DNA from: an uncultured Candidatus Saccharibacteria bacterium
Lineage (GTDB): Bacteria > Patescibacteriota > Saccharimonadia > Saccharimonadales > UBA7683
Direction: 5' to 3'
Length of the DNA: 42,231 nucleotides
Assembly: GCA_964448015.1 (NCBI GenBank)
Contig: CAYUUV010000003.1
Coordinates: forward strand, 1 to 42,231
How positions within the stretch are numbered: the stretch's first letter is position 1; each line of letters starts with the position of its first letter. The position numbers and the translations under genes are program-made. Shown here piece by piece: positions 1 through 9,964 of the stretch. The notes below the pieces were generated by a model. That model saw nothing but the letters and a program-made list of their open reading frames with translations, did not search any database and was not told where the DNA came from.

Positions 1-1
1 A

Positions 2-373
2 ATGACAGTTCATGGCGTATGGGAGATTGAGCTTGATGGTAGATTTCTTGGATCAGCCCAGCTTCACGATCCTATATCTCTAGTAGGTTGTGATTTCTCT
101 TGGATCGAAGTTATGCAACCTCGACCAGGTAAAGAGACTGATCACGGTTTTGTTGAGCATACAGAGTTTCTGTTTACAGATTTTGCAGCAGTTCAAGCTA
201 AGTTAGAACAAATTGGTGTTGCATATGAATTGCAAGAGAACCCCGGACACAAATGGATAAATATTGTTATTGATGATTTAGGCAGAGAAATTAAGATTAA
301 CAATAAAGTATTGGCTGATGTTGTTGTTTGGGAACGCGAGGAAGGTCATTTGAAAAAGAGAGTTGAGCAATAA
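2..373 (+). CDS. YecM-like VOC-superfamily metal-binding protein (true N-terminus may lie outside the window)
   Basis: The ORF starts at nt 2. The segment [25 protein letters not shown] parallels the E. coli YecM segment FSIVELPWPGEKRYPHEGWEHIEI, recalled from memory. Its stop overlaps the ruvB start (TAATG). Confidence 0.5.
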   Translation: MTVHGVWEIELDGRFLGSAQLHDPISLVGCDFSWIEVMQPRPGKETDHGFVEHTEFLFTDFAAVQAKLEQIGVAYELQENPGHKWINIVIDDLGREIKINNKVLADVVVWEREEGHLKKRVEQ

Positions 374-1404
374 TGGCGATTGAGCGGATTGTAAATACGA
401 CGGTGGATGATAGCGATCAGATTGAGGAGATTCTGGAAAATACTTTGCGACCGAAGGATTTTACCAACTATATTGGGCAGGAGCGGTTGAAGAAGAATTT
501 GCAATTAGCGATTGGGGCGGCCAAGAAGCGCGGTGAGCCGGTGGATCATATTTTGCTGTATGGGCCGCCAGGGCTGGGCAAGACCACCATGGCGAGTGTG
601 ATTGCGCACGAGATGGGCGCGCAGATCCGGATTACTTCGGGGCCGGCCATTTCGCGGGCGGCGGACCTGGCAAGTTTACTCACCAGCTTACAAGATGGTG
701 ACATTCTCTTCATTGATGAAATTCATCGTTTGAGCACTAGTATTGAAGAGGTGCTCTACTCTGCTATGGAAGATTTCAAACTCGATATTATGCTCGGCAA
801 AGGGCCAACGGCCAAAAGTCTGCGGCTGGATTTGCCGAAATTTACCATCATTGGGGCCACTACTAAAATGGGAAACCTGGCGGCACCACTGCGCGACAGG
901 TTCGGCATTATGCACCGGCTGGAGTTCTATACACCAGAAGAAATTGAAAAGATTTTGCATCGCTCAGCAGATATTTTAAACGTCAAAATTGATCCAAAAG
1001 CGGCCGCCCAAATTGCCTCACGCTCTCGCTTAACACCGCGTATTGCCAATAGGTTACTCAAGCGTACCCGTGACTATGCGGATATGAATGGTGACGGCAT
1101 GGTTGACACTATCACAGCCCAAAAAGCACTGGAGCTACTAGAAATTGACCATGCCGGGCTTGACCCGGCCGATCGCCGGTTGATCCAGGCAATCATTGAA
1201 AACCATAGCGGCGGCCCAGTTGGTGTTGAAACACTAGCTGCAATTACTGGTGACGAACGCTCTACAATTGAAGATTTTTTTGAGCCTTATTTGTTGCAAA
1301 TTGGCTTTCTAGAACGAACACCACGCGGTCGCCGCGTCACGCCACGAGCGTATCAGCATCTCGGGGTAGCGCAGTCAACACAACAGCAGGAAAGATTGGT
1401 ATAA
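373..1404 (+). CDS. ruvB: Holliday junction branch-migration helicase RuvB
   Basis: Walker [10 protein letters not shown] and Walker [11 protein letters not shown] are present. The RuvB-type C-terminal winged helix is also there ([16 protein letters not shown]). Length is 343 aa. Confidence 0.97.
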   Translation: MAIERIVNTTVDDSDQIEEILENTLRPKDFTNYIGQERLKKNLQLAIGAAKKRGEPVDHILLYGPPGLGKTTMASVIAHEMGAQIRITSGPAISRAADLASLLTSLQDGDILFIDEIHRLSTSIEEVLYSAMEDFKLDIMLGKGPTAKSLRLDLPKFTIIGATTKMGNLAAPLRDRFGIMHRLEFYTPEEIEKILHRSADILNVKIDPKAAAQIASRSRLTPRIANRLLKRTRDYADMNGDGMVDTITAQKALELLEIDHAGLDPADRRLIQAIIENHSGGPVGVETLAAITGDERSTIEDFFEPYLLQIGFLERTPRGRRVTPRAYQHLGVAQSTQQQERLV

Positions 1405-1412
1405 TAGCTGGC

Positions 1413-2096
1413 ATGAGCGAACCAAAGAAATCAGCCGATACCGCGCAATCTCCACAACAAGCCGCAGTGTCTCAGAACACTACCGCTGCTGACGGCGGAG
1501 TAACCCCTAATTATCGTGAACGGGCTACTGGTGAAAGTCAAAACCTGGCCGGAGTGCCCGAAGAATTTATGCGGCTGTTTGAACACGATCCCAGCGAGAT
1601 TATTTTGTACCAAGCACTACGCCACCCTATTGGCGTCTATGCAATTTACGGCAGCGCACTTGGAGTGGTGGGCATGATGCTTGTATTTGTCGCACTCATT
1701 GCATCTGATCCAAATAGCTATGGCATGCCCGAAAGTGCCATACCACTACTTGGGCTCGGTACTATAGTGGTGATTATATTGACCGCAGTTCTCAGTTATG
1801 CCGCTTCGTATGTGTACCAAAAAAGCCGTATGATTTTGACTAATCAAAAAGTGGTATTCATTCAGTACCATAGTTTGTTTAGCCGGGAGATTTCGCAGTT
1901 AAATATCGGTGAAGTTGAAGATGTCAATGTTGCCCAGAAGAATATAATCGACAGAATTTTCAAAACGGGCAATATTACCATTGAAACCGCTGGCGAACAG
2001 AATAATTACATACTTTCTCAAGTGAAGGATCCTCACGAATTTGCACATCGTACCATTCAGGCACACGAAGGTTTAATTGCTGAATACGGCAATTAG
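1413..2096 (+). CDS. Membrane protein with bacterial PH (bPH_2/YdbT-like) domain
   Basis: It has a polar N-terminus and two hydrophobic helices. These are followed by ILTNQKVVFIQYHSLFSREISQLNIGEVEDVNV...GNITIETAGE, which is typical of bPH_2 domains. Confidence 0.7.
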   Translation: MSEPKKSADTAQSPQQAAVSQNTTAADGGVTPNYRERATGESQNLAGVPEEFMRLFEHDPSEIILYQALRHPIGVYAIYGSALGVVGMMLVFVALIASDPNSYGMPESAIPLLGLGTIVVIILTAVLSYAASYVYQKSRMILTNQKVVFIQYHSLFSREISQLNIGEVEDVNVAQKNIIDRIFKTGNITIETAGEQNNYILSQVKDPHEFAHRTIQAHEGLIAEYGN

Positions 2097-2154
2097 TTAG
2101 TTTGTAGTTGGTAGTTGTGAGCTGACAAAAAAGAAACAATCTACAAACTATCAA

Positions 2155-2556
2155 CTAACTATTTAGGCTTTGCTTCACAAAGGGCGCTTCTTTCTCAAGT
2201 TCAGCGGTCAAAGTAAAGCTTCGACACCTGGCTTCTTGGCAGCCCATAGGCTTAAAGCTGTATGAACCACCTGCTTCATTGAGGCTGCGGCCATTTCTGT
2301 CTTTCAGATTCTCCGCGTCAATCCCCTTCAAGGTGTCAGCGGTAATTGTTTCAGGATAGTAGCCATTTTTTTCGTGGAATAGTTCGAGTTGATAAAAGAT
2401 TGCGTTGATGTCGACTTTACTGACTTGATCTCGATTCTGAGCTCGCAGATCTCTAATATTAGAAACAGCAACGACCGCAACGGTTACGAGCACAACAATG
2501 AAAACCAGCAGTTCAATAATAGTAAACCCATTGGTGTTATTTTGTAATTTCTTCAT
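2155..2556 (-). CDS. Orphan type IV pilin-like protein (prepilin N-terminal cleavage/methylation motif)
   Basis: The N-terminus is MKKLQNNTNGFTIIELLVFIVVLV, with G/F at the cleavage site and Glu at +5. The start is trimmed to the ATG at 2556, inside the 2604 ORF. Confidence 0.8.
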   Translation of the reverse strand: MKKLQNNTNGFTIIELLVFIVVLVTVAVVAVSNIRDLRAQNRDQVSKVDINAIFYQLELFHEKNGYYPETITADTLKGIDAENLKDRNGRSLNEAGGSYSFKPMGCQEARCRSFTLTAELEKEAPFVKQSLNS

Positions 2557-2631
2557 CACTATATATTGTAGCAAAGTTCTGTAAGTGAGTATAATAGAAC
2601 CCAAGCGGGTGGTTAATGAAAGCGAGGGTAT

Positions 2632-3675
2632 ATGGCGAAGGCAGCAAAATCTGATAAGAAGGTACTGGCAGAAAAAGAAACCAATGCTTCAGGTAAAGAA
2701 AAAGCACTTGGCCTGGCAATGGAACAAATCACCAAGCAATTTGGTGACGGTGCCATTATGAAACTGGGTGAATCTCATAAAGCGGACGTTGATTTATTTA
2801 GTTCTGGCGCACTTTCGATTGATCTAGCACTGGGTGGCGGTTTTCCAAAAGGCCGTATCATTGAAATTTACGGTCCAGAAAGTAGCGGTAAAACCACATT
2901 AACACTTCACGCAATTGCCGAGATTCAAAAACAAGGCGGCACAGCAGCATTTATTGATGCAGAGCATGCACTGGATCCGCAATATGCTAAGCGCCTAGGG
3001 GTAGATACTGAAAATCTTTTTGTATCGCAACCAGATAACGGTGAGCAAGCTTTGGAAATTTGTGAAACATTGGTTCGTTCAAATGCAGTTGATTTGGTTG
3101 TTGTTGACTCGGTAGCGGCATTGGTTCCGCAGGCAGAAATTGAAGGCGATATGGGTGATAGTCATATGGGTCTTCAGGCTCGGTTGATGAGTCAGGCGCT
3201 CCGTAAATTAACTGGTATTATCAACAAAAGCAAATGTACAGTTATTTTTATTAACCAAATTCGCATGAAGATTGGCGTGATGTTTGGTAATCCTGAAACA
3301 ACAACTGGCGGTAATGCACTCAAGTTTTATGCTTCAGTTCGTGTTGATATTCGGCGCATTGGCCAAATTAAAGAAGGTGAAGATATTATTGGAAGCCGCA
3401 CTAAAATTAAAGTAGTCAAAAATAAGATAGCACCGCCTTTTAGAGTTGCAGAATTCGATATTATGTACAACGAAGGTATTAGTAAAACGGGTGATGCAGT
3501 AGATTTAGGTGTTCAACATGGCATTGTTGGTAAGGCGGGTGCGTGGTTTGACTATAATGATGCCAAAATTGGTCAAGGGCGCGAGGCTGCTAAAAAATAC
3601 TTGAAAGAAAATCCAAAAGTGCTCGAAGAAATTATTAAAAAAGTCAAAGAAGCCGCTGCTAAGTCCGAAGAATAG
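2632..3675 (+). CDS. recA: Recombinase RecA
   Basis: Walker [11 protein letters not shown] and Walker [11 protein letters not shown] are present. The L2 region is [19 protein letters not shown]. Length is 347 aa. Confidence 0.98.
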   Translation: MAKAAKSDKKVLAEKETNASGKEKALGLAMEQITKQFGDGAIMKLGESHKADVDLFSSGALSIDLALGGGFPKGRIIEIYGPESSGKTTLTLHAIAEIQKQGGTAAFIDAEHALDPQYAKRLGVDTENLFVSQPDNGEQALEICETLVRSNAVDLVVVDSVAALVPQAEIEGDMGDSHMGLQARLMSQALRKLTGIINKSKCTVIFINQIRMKIGVMFGNPETTTGGNALKFYASVRVDIRRIGQIKEGEDIIGSRTKIKVVKNKIAPPFRVAEFDIMYNEGISKTGDAVDLGVQHGIVGKAGAWFDYNDAKIGQGREAAKKYLKENPKVLEEIIKKVKEAAAKSEE

Positions 3676-3731
3676 ACTGATGAGACAAGCTTTATCTATC
3701 TCAGGCGAGTTCTTCCTGGAAAGGGCGCCCC

Positions 3732-4244
3732 GTGTATAAGCCGATTCAAATTGTAGACGAGGCGGGTGCATTCATGGGTGTTTCTAAAAGCCCGAAAGAG
3801 GCATTTTTAGCGCAGCAGGTTCGCCTGGTCTCACGAGTTATAATTACTGATGGTAACGGACGATATTTACTGCAAAAACGAGCAGACAGCATGTTCATCT
3901 ATCCTGGTTGCTGGGATAGCTCCGCGGCTGGCCATGTTGATGAAGGTGAAACGCCCGAAGAGGCTGCGTACCGAGAGCTGGCAGAAGAAGTTGGCATTAC
4001 TGATATTACGCTCAACGAAATCGCTCGTCACTATAGCGAGACGCAAGCACATGCTAGATATGTTAGTAAAGTTTACAGTCATGTCTTCATGGGGCAATTT
4101 AGTGGTGATATTAGTACGCTGACTCTGGAGCAGACCGAGGTGACACTGATTCAATGGTTTGATAGATCTGATATTGAAGAGTTGTTGCGGGAGGCGAATA
4201 CGGTGACCGATGGTGTGAAGCTAATATTTCAACAGGTACTATGA
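3732..4244 (+). CDS. NUDIX hydrolase
   Basis: The Nudix box GHVDEGETPEEAAYRELAEEVGI matches GX5EX7REUXEEXGU. It has a GTG start. Its stop overlaps the next start (ATGA). Confidence 0.85.
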   Translation: MYKPIQIVDEAGAFMGVSKSPKEAFLAQQVRLVSRVIITDGNGRYLLQKRADSMFIYPGCWDSSAAGHVDEGETPEEAAYRELAEEVGITDITLNEIARHYSETQAHARYVSKVYSHVFMGQFSGDISTLTLEQTEVTLIQWFDRSDIEELLREANTVTDGVKLIFQQVL

Positions 4245-4687
4245 TTGCAACGAATCATGCTCTCACCGGTGCAATGGTCGCTGCAACACTCAAGCAGCCA
4301 CTACTGGCGGTACCGGTAGCTTTTTGTAGCCACTTTTTGTGCGACGCACTGCCCCATTTTGGCGTAGATCTTACATTTAAGAGTCGAGCAATGTATATAT
4401 GGTTAGTGCTTGATGGCCTTGCGGCGCTCGTTATGGCGGGCGTTTTATTGCTGTATGGTGTTGCAAGCCCGGTGCTGTTGGCAGTCTGTGGGTTTGTAGC
4501 GATGTCTCCCGATTTAGCCTGGCTGTATTATGGGTTAAAAAATAGGTTAGGTAACAATGAGTCATATGACTTGCTCACTCGGTTTCATTATCGAATTCAG
4601 TGGTATCAAAAAGTGCCAGGGTTGATAGTTGAATTTTTATGGGCGCTCTGCATGGTCAGTATTATTTTGAAGGCACAGCTGTCATGA
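4241..4687 (+). CDS. Small integral membrane protein (possibly YdjM/DUF457-like; tentative)
   Basis: There are 3-4 hydrophobic helices and His/Asp motifs (TNHALTG, SHFLCDALPHFG). It is translationally coupled on both sides by ATGA overlaps, between the nudix gene and recX. Confidence 0.55.
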   Translation: MIATNHALTGAMVAATLKQPLLAVPVAFCSHFLCDALPHFGVDLTFKSRAMYIWLVLDGLAALVMAGVLLLYGVASPVLLAVCGFVAMSPDLAWLYYGLKNRLGNNESYDLLTRFHYRIQWYQKVPGLIVEFLWALCMVSIILKAQLS

Positions 4688-5454
4688 AACTCCGAGCGGT
4701 ATCTTTATCGGATGTGAACAATCAGTTACCTTCGGAGAAAGACGGGCTAGAACACGCAGTAAACAATTTGGAACTGAGGATCACTAAAATTACACAGCAA
4801 GTGAAGCGTCCTGAGCGGTATTCGATTTATGTGAACGAAAAATATTCCTTTTCACTACACGAATATCAATTGGCGGGTTCTGGTTTGCGAACAGGGATGA
4901 TACTCACAAAAGATGTGCTAGAAAATTTTGCGACAGAATCGCAATTTGGAAAAGCCTATGAAAGAACGGTGCGTTATGTCATGCTTCGCCCCCGTTCAGA
5001 AAAAGAAGTTCGCGACTACCTTACTCGCACCTTCTTATACCCGAAGCCGAAAGTCTTCGTTGATCAGTCTGGTCAACGACATATCAAAAAACAAACAGTG
5101 GACAAAGAAAAAACCAACCATATGATCCAGCGAATTATGACCAGACTTTCAGAAAAAGGCTATATTAATGACGAGATATTTGCCAAGGCGTGGGTGGCGT
5201 CGCGGCAAATCCATAAAAAAACCAGCCTTAAAAAACTGCAGCAAGAACTTATGGCCAAGGGTGTTTCGCAGGAGATTCTAGACAGTGTCTTGCAAGATCA
5301 AGACATAGACGAGATTACAAATATACAAGAGTTAATTGTAAAAAAACGTCGTCAAGCAAAATATCACGATTCAACAAAGTTAACGCAGTACTTAATGCGG
5401 CAGGGGTTTCGATATAGTGATATTCAGACCGCATTGCGCCAGGAGAGCGAGTGA
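4684..5454 (+). CDS. recX: RecA regulator RecX
   Basis: RecX-like helical repeats are present (YVMLRPRSEKEVRDYLTR, EIFAKAWVASRQ, LTQYLMRQGFRYSDIQTAL). The start is taken at the ATG at 4684, which forms an ATGA overlap with the upstream stop. Confidence 0.85.
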   Translation: MKLRAVSLSDVNNQLPSEKDGLEHAVNNLELRITKITQQVKRPERYSIYVNEKYSFSLHEYQLAGSGLRTGMILTKDVLENFATESQFGKAYERTVRYVMLRPRSEKEVRDYLTRTFLYPKPKVFVDQSGQRHIKKQTVDKEKTNHMIQRIMTRLSEKGYINDEIFAKAWVASRQIHKKTSLKKLQQELMAKGVSQEILDSVLQDQDIDEITNIQELIVKKRRQAKYHDSTKLTQYLMRQGFRYSDIQTALRQESE

Positions 5455-5455
5455 T

Positions 5456-5722
5456 ATGGCAGCGATACATAATTCCGCACATAATGTATCTGAGCAGATT
5501 AGCCACAGGTCTGCTCTACTCGGAGAAAGTATTCAGGCATCACGAGCCTGCCTGGAATCTATTGTGAGTCATCTGGTACTTCTAAGAGAGGTGGTACATG
5601 ATACGACTGTAGTTGATGAACAGCTGGCGGCGTATCAGGCGATAGTGGTAGAAATAGAGCGGGCTGACACTATTTTTACTGATCACGCAGCCTTGATTCG
5701 TCAGTCGCCAGCTCAGGGCTGA
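5456..5722 (+). CDS. Hypothetical small helical protein (uncertain)
   Basis: The ATG lies 2 nt after the recX stop. The 88 aa have no recognisable motif. The 3' end overlaps the convergent PRC-barrel gene by about 47 nt. Confidence 0.35.
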   Translation: MAAIHNSAHNVSEQISHRSALLGESIQASRACLESIVSHLVLLREVVHDTTVVDEQLAAYQAIVVEIERADTIFTDHAALIRQSPAQG

Positions 5723-6263
5723 GTGACTGGCTTTTGCGGAATGGGTTGAGTACCTGTGTGATACCGGTTTGTTGCGGAATTGTACCCGAACGAACAATAA
5801 TCTGCTGATTGGTGATTTCAATAATTTGCGAGCGGTGAATCACAAGGCTGGAGTTGGTAATATTTTTCAGAACTGATTGCGTAACATGGATTTTTTGAAT
5901 ATAAAATTCATCTGTTTCAAGTGTGTATTCTGTTACTTTGCCAAGTTTGTTCTTCATATCGTCAATAACGGGTACGCCAATAAGTTCAAAACCAAGACGC
6001 AAGACTTCTTGCAGACGCACAAGATCTTCGTCAAGACTCATGATAGCATCGGCACTATCGACGATAATGCCCAAGGGGCCAATTTCTCGAATGTCGCTTG
6101 TGTGCAGCACGCTGGTGTGTGGAATACGTGCACCGCGGGCGTAGTAGGCAACAACCTGGAGTTTGCGCGGGTCAATAATGGCCGCATGGGTAGTACCGAG
6201 CTCACTGCCAGTTTGCAGACTCATAATAGGGGTGTTTACTAGCTGGGAATTCAAAGCAAGCAT
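5676..6263 (-). CDS. Tandem PRC-barrel domain protein
   Basis: Two PRC-barrel-like halves are present (LVNTPIMSLQTGSELGTTHAAIIDP and LIGVPVIDDMKNKLGKVTEYTLETDEFYIQKIHV). The start is ambiguous: 6263, 6281, or a GTG at 6311. Confidence 0.6.
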   Translation of the reverse strand: MLALNSQLVNTPIMSLQTGSELGTTHAAIIDPRKLQVVAYYARGARIPHTSVLHTSDIREIGPLGIIVDSADAIMSLDEDLVRLQEVLRLGFELIGVPVIDDMKNKLGKVTEYTLETDEFYIQKIHVTQSVLKNITNSSLVIHRSQIIEITNQQIIVRSGTIPQQTGITQVLNPFRKSQSLSPELATDESRLRDQ

Positions 6264-6350
6264 AGTTCTATTGTACTCCATGCTGGTGATAGACAATAAA
6301 TACACAACCACTTACGTTATGGTTATGCTTTTTGTTATACTGGACGCAAG

Positions 6351-8132
6351 ATGAAGATATCAGATAAAACTATCAAGCAACTCTTGGTAGAACATAAGAA
6401 ACTCAGTGAGGCCGAGCTTGCTAAATTAGAGCAGGCCGCTAAACAACAGAAAAAGTCACTGCAAGATATTGTTATAAAGCGCACGGTTGCAACAGATGAA
6501 GAAATTGCACAGTGGTATGCAAAATCTGCAGATATACCGTTTATTCAACTTGATCCCAAAAAAATTGACCTTGGTTTACTAAAGCTCATTCCGGAAAGAA
6601 TTGCTCGCAGGTATAGTGCCGTGTTGTTTGGCGAAGCTGACGGCATTAAACAGCTAGCCATGGAAGACCCGGACGATCTTCAGGCAGTTGATTTTATTCA
6701 AAAACAACTTGGTTCAAAACCGGCTCTCTATCTGGCCACAAAACAAAATATTACCTCATCACTCGAACTGTACCGAGACGAAATGAGTTCTGAGTTAACT
6801 AAGGTAATAGCAGAAGATATAGAAGGTGAAAGCGAACAGGTTGAAGTCAGCGAAGAAGATGTGGCTGAAGATTCACCGATTGCCCAAACCGCCACCCTGT
6901 TGATCGAGTACGCCATTAAGGCCGGTGCGTCTGATATTCATATTGAGCCTCGGGAAGAATATGTGCAAATACGCTACCGCATAGATGGAGTGTTGCAAGA
7001 AGCCGATAAATTGCCAAAAAAGGTTCAGGCCGCCCTGTCAAGTCGACTTAAAATTTTAGCCAACCTCAAAATTGATGAACGGCGCATTCCGCAGGACGGA
7101 CGTATTAAAATTTCTCAGGCTGGCAAGGTGTACGCGCTACGTGTTTCAACCCTGCCAATTGCAGATGGCGAAAAAATTGTTATGCGTATTCTGGACGAAA
7201 GCAACAAGGCGCTCAATATGGAAGAACTTGGGTTTTGGGGCTGGTCACTGAAAAAGATCAGTGAAGCTATTGTTGAGCCACACGGCATGATTTTGGTCAC
7301 CGGGCCAACCGGTTCCGGTAAATCCACCACGCTCTTTAGTGTTCTTTCGCTTTTAAATAACCATACAGTGAATATTTCAACCGTTGAAGATCCAATTGAA
7401 TACAAAATTGTGGGTGCAAACCAGACACAGGTTAATAGTAAGGCTGGAATGACGTTCGCTTCTGGCCTGCGCGCCCTGCTTCGACAAGATCCAAACATTA
7501 TTATGGTTGGTGAGATTCGTGATGGTGAGACGGCTGATATGGGTGTGCAAGCTGCGTTGACTGGCCACCTCGTATTTTCTACCCTGCACACAAACAATGC
7601 GGCTACCTGTTTACCACGTTTGCTAGATATGGGTGTGGAGCCGTTTCTGATTGCCTCAACGGTGCGCGCGGTTATTGGTCAACGCTTGGTGCGTCAAGTC
7701 TGCGAAAAATGTCGTATTCCGTACGTACCAGATGCAAGTGAGCTCGACCAAATTAAAGAAATGTTTGGTATTGGTACGGCTGATGAATACAAAAAAATAC
7801 ATGATCTTGAGTCGGTGGCTCTGGCGGAAGGGATCGGTAAAGATCTCACAGAACTCGCCACTGATGGAGAAACAATCAAGCAGTTTTATCGTGCCAAAGA
7901 AGACGGTTGTACGGCTTGCGGCGGCAAGGGCTACAAGGGGCGGATTGGTATATATGAAGTGTTGGAAAATTCCAATGAAATTCAGCACCTGATTATGGGC
8001 GACACCACAGCAGATGTTATTCAAGACAAAAGTATTGCTGATGGCATGGTAACGATGCAGATGGACGGGTTGATTAAGGCGCTGCGTGGTCGCACGACAA
8101 TTGAAGAGATCCTAAGGGTTACAAGGGAATAA
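6351..8132 (+). CDS. pilB: Type IV pilus assembly ATPase PilB (GspE family)
   Basis: It has an N-terminal GspII_E_N-like region and Walker A GPTGSGKST. Walker B/Asp box is IMVGEIRD and the His box is GHLVFSTLHTN. A tetracysteine cluster CEKC...CTACGGKG is present. Confidence 0.95.
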   Translation: MKISDKTIKQLLVEHKKLSEAELAKLEQAAKQQKKSLQDIVIKRTVATDEEIAQWYAKSADIPFIQLDPKKIDLGLLKLIPERIARRYSAVLFGEADGIKQLAMEDPDDLQAVDFIQKQLGSKPALYLATKQNITSSLELYRDEMSSELTKVIAEDIEGESEQVEVSEEDVAEDSPIAQTATLLIEYAIKAGASDIHIEPREEYVQIRYRIDGVLQEADKLPKKVQAALSSRLKILANLKIDERRIPQDGRIKISQAGKVYALRVSTLPIADGEKIVMRILDESNKALNMEELGFWGWSLKKISEAIVEPHGMILVTGPTGSGKSTTLFSVLSLLNNHTVNISTVEDPIEYKIVGANQTQVNSKAGMTFASGLRALLRQDPNIIMVGEIRDGETADMGVQAALTGHLVFSTLHTNNAATCLPRLLDMGVEPFLIASTVRAVIGQRLVRQVCEKCRIPYVPDASELDQIKEMFGIGTADEYKKIHDLESVALAEGIGKDLTELATDGETIKQFYRAKEDGCTACGGKGYKGRIGIYEVLENSNEIQHLIMGDTTADVIQDKSIADGMVTMQMDGLIKALRGRTTIEEILRVTRE

Positions 8133-8133
8133 C

Positions 8134-9354
8134 ATGGCTAAATTTCAATACATAGCAACGGGTAATTCGGGTAAAGAAGTACGAGGTACTGTTGAAGCGG
8201 AATCACGCGAGGCAGCCTTGGAGTTGCTGAATAAGCAGCAGATTCGTGTCATTAGTGTCCAGGTTGCAAAGAAGGCGAACTTCTTAAATGCCTCTATTGG
8301 CGGTAAAGTAAAAATAAAAGATCTCGTGATTTTTACGAGACAATTGGCAACACTAGTCAATGCCGGCGTGCCGCTTGTGAAAAGTCTGAGCACACTGCAG
8401 GCGCAGACAAGCAGTAAAATGCTCAAGATACAACTGGGGCAAGTTGTGAAGAAGGTTGAAGCCGGAGCTGCGCTGGGCGACGCACTGTCAGATCATCCTA
8501 AAACATTTTCACCAATTTACGTGAATATGGTTCGGGCTGGTGAGGAAGGCGGTATTTTAGATGAAGTTTTAGATCGTCTAGCGGTTCAGCAAGAAAAAGA
8601 CGCAGCGATTCGAGGAAAAATTAAGGGCGCTATGACTTACCCGGCTGTTATCTTTTCTATAACGTTTGTCGCCTTCTTCTTCTTAATGACGACAATCGTT
8701 CCAAAAATTGGTGACATTATTCTGGATCTTGGTGGCGAAGGTGCTGAGCTACCTGTTTACACACAGATGCTACTCAGCGTTAGCAATATTATGAAACAAC
8801 CGTCATTTATTCTGAGCATGGTCATTGTTGTACCGATTGCCCTCACAATTTTTCGGCGGTGGACTAAAACGGCAAAAGGTCGGTATATATGGCATACGAT
8901 TGTACTCAAACTTCCCATTGTGAAGGTACTGGTTACAAAAGTTGCTATTGCCCGATTTGCCCGAACGTTTTCATCGTTAATGGGCGCCGGCGTACCGATT
9001 GTAGAAGCAATTAATACTACAGCGGGAGCTATTGGCAATGCGGTTATCGAAAAAGAACTGACCAATAGTGCAAAGGCGATTAAAGCCGGCGAACAGCTTT
9101 CAACACAGTTAGAAAAGAGCAAGCACTTCCCTCCTTTGGTCAGCCAGATGCTTGCAGTTGGAGAAGAGACCGGTCAAATGGACAAGATTCTTATTAAGGT
9201 GGCTGAATTCTACGAAGAAGAAGTCGACACCTTTGTTGGAGCACTCTCTTCTATTCTTGAACCAGTCATGATTGTGGTACTGGGTGCAATTGTTGGTGTT
9301 ATTGCAGCGAGCGTCTTCGGACCGATTAGTAGTATCTCTACAAATATTAACTAG
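8134..9354 (+). CDS. pilC: Type IV pilus platform protein PilC (T2SS F family)
   Basis: Two T2SSF repeats are present (RAGEEGGILDEVLDRLA and AVGEETGQMDKILIKVAEFYE) with 3 TM segments. Confidence 0.95.
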   Translation: MAKFQYIATGNSGKEVRGTVEAESREAALELLNKQQIRVISVQVAKKANFLNASIGGKVKIKDLVIFTRQLATLVNAGVPLVKSLSTLQAQTSSKMLKIQLGQVVKKVEAGAALGDALSDHPKTFSPIYVNMVRAGEEGGILDEVLDRLAVQQEKDAAIRGKIKGAMTYPAVIFSITFVAFFFLMTTIVPKIGDIILDLGGEGAELPVYTQMLLSVSNIMKQPSFILSMVIVVPIALTIFRRWTKTAKGRYIWHTIVLKLPIVKVLVTKVAIARFARTFSSLMGAGVPIVEAINTTAGAIGNAVIEKELTNSAKAIKAGEQLSTQLEKSKHFPPLVSQMLAVGEETGQMDKILIKVAEFYEEEVDTFVGALSSILEPVMIVVLGAIVGVIAASVFGPISSISTNIN

Positions 9355-9470
9355 CGAATCTACTTGACAATCATGATAAGCATAAGCAATAATACCAGTA
9401 CAGGATAGAACAGCTATGTACGTCTGTTCGCCGCAAAATACCAATCTACACCTAAGGAGGGTGGGCAAAT

Positions 9471-9878
9471 ATGAAAATCAATAAAGTGAATGCAAAAGGT
9501 TTTACGATTGTTGAACTTTTGATCGTGATCGTGATCATTGGTATCTTGGCAACAATTGGTTTCGTAGCCTTTTCAGGTGCGCAGAACAAGGCCAACAAGA
9601 GTGCTGCAGAATCAACGTTAAGCCAAGTTAAATCAAAACTTGGTGAATACTATGCAGAAAATAACACATACCCAGCTGACAAGGCTGCAGTTAAGACTTT
9701 CTTGACCAGTGATGAAGGTGGTAACAACACTTCACTTGATTCTAAGTTTGGTGCTGCTGCAGATACCAACTTTGTGTATGCTTGTGACGCTGATGGTTGT
9801 GATGCAGGCTTCAGCCTTACAGCTGATGATGCTCAATGGGGTTCAAACCCAGCTGGCGACATTACAGTTACTAACTAG
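9471..9878 (+). CDS. pilA: Major type IV pilin
   Basis: The N-terminus is MKINKVNAKGFTIVELLIVIVIIGILA. A strong RBS (AAGGAGGG) lies upstream and an intrinsic terminator follows. A C-terminal Cys pair (CDADGC) is present. Confidence 0.9.
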   Translation: MKINKVNAKGFTIVELLIVIVIIGILATIGFVAFSGAQNKANKSAAESTLSQVKSKLGEYYAENNTYPADKAAVKTFLTSDEGGNNTSLDSKFGAAADTNFVYACDADGCDAGFSLTADDAQWGSNPAGDITVTN

Positions 9879-9900
9879 TAGTTGCTATGTACGCATAAAA

Positions 9901-9930
9901 ATAGAGTCACTAAGGTGGCTCTATTTTTTT
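9901..9930 (+). terminator. Rho-independent terminator after pilA
   Basis: The stem is ATAGAGTCAC/GTGGCTCTAT with one G-U pair. It is followed by a T7 run. Confidence 0.75.
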
Positions 9931-9964
9931 AGCATTCAAGGATGGTATTATAAGAATAAGCATT

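Noticed and set aside
2096-2160. A long imperfect palindrome (TTAGTTTGTAGTTGGTAGTTG ... CAATCTACAAACTATCAACTAA) between convergent genes, as a bidirectional terminator.
   Set aside because: The arms are built from a reiterated TAGTT word, so several registers pair only imperfectly. There is no clean stem plus U-tract. It was left unannotated.
7115-7597. A 160-aa minus-strand ORF, plus other 60-120-aa ORFs inside pilB, pilC, the S8 protease and the kinase.
   Set aside because: All are antisense or out of frame within strongly supported CDSs with clear catalytic motifs. None has an independent signal.
9378-9392. The 13-mer TAAGCATAAGCAA shared upstream of pilA (9379) and the 100-aa gene (21462), as a common regulatory site. 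Related GCTTATGC words occur near other promoters.
   Set aside because: By a rough estimate, about two dozen exact 13-mer coincidences are expected by chance in a 42-kb window when both strands are counted. Orientation relative to the genes is also inconsistent. It is worth a genome-wide motif test but is not supported from this window alone.
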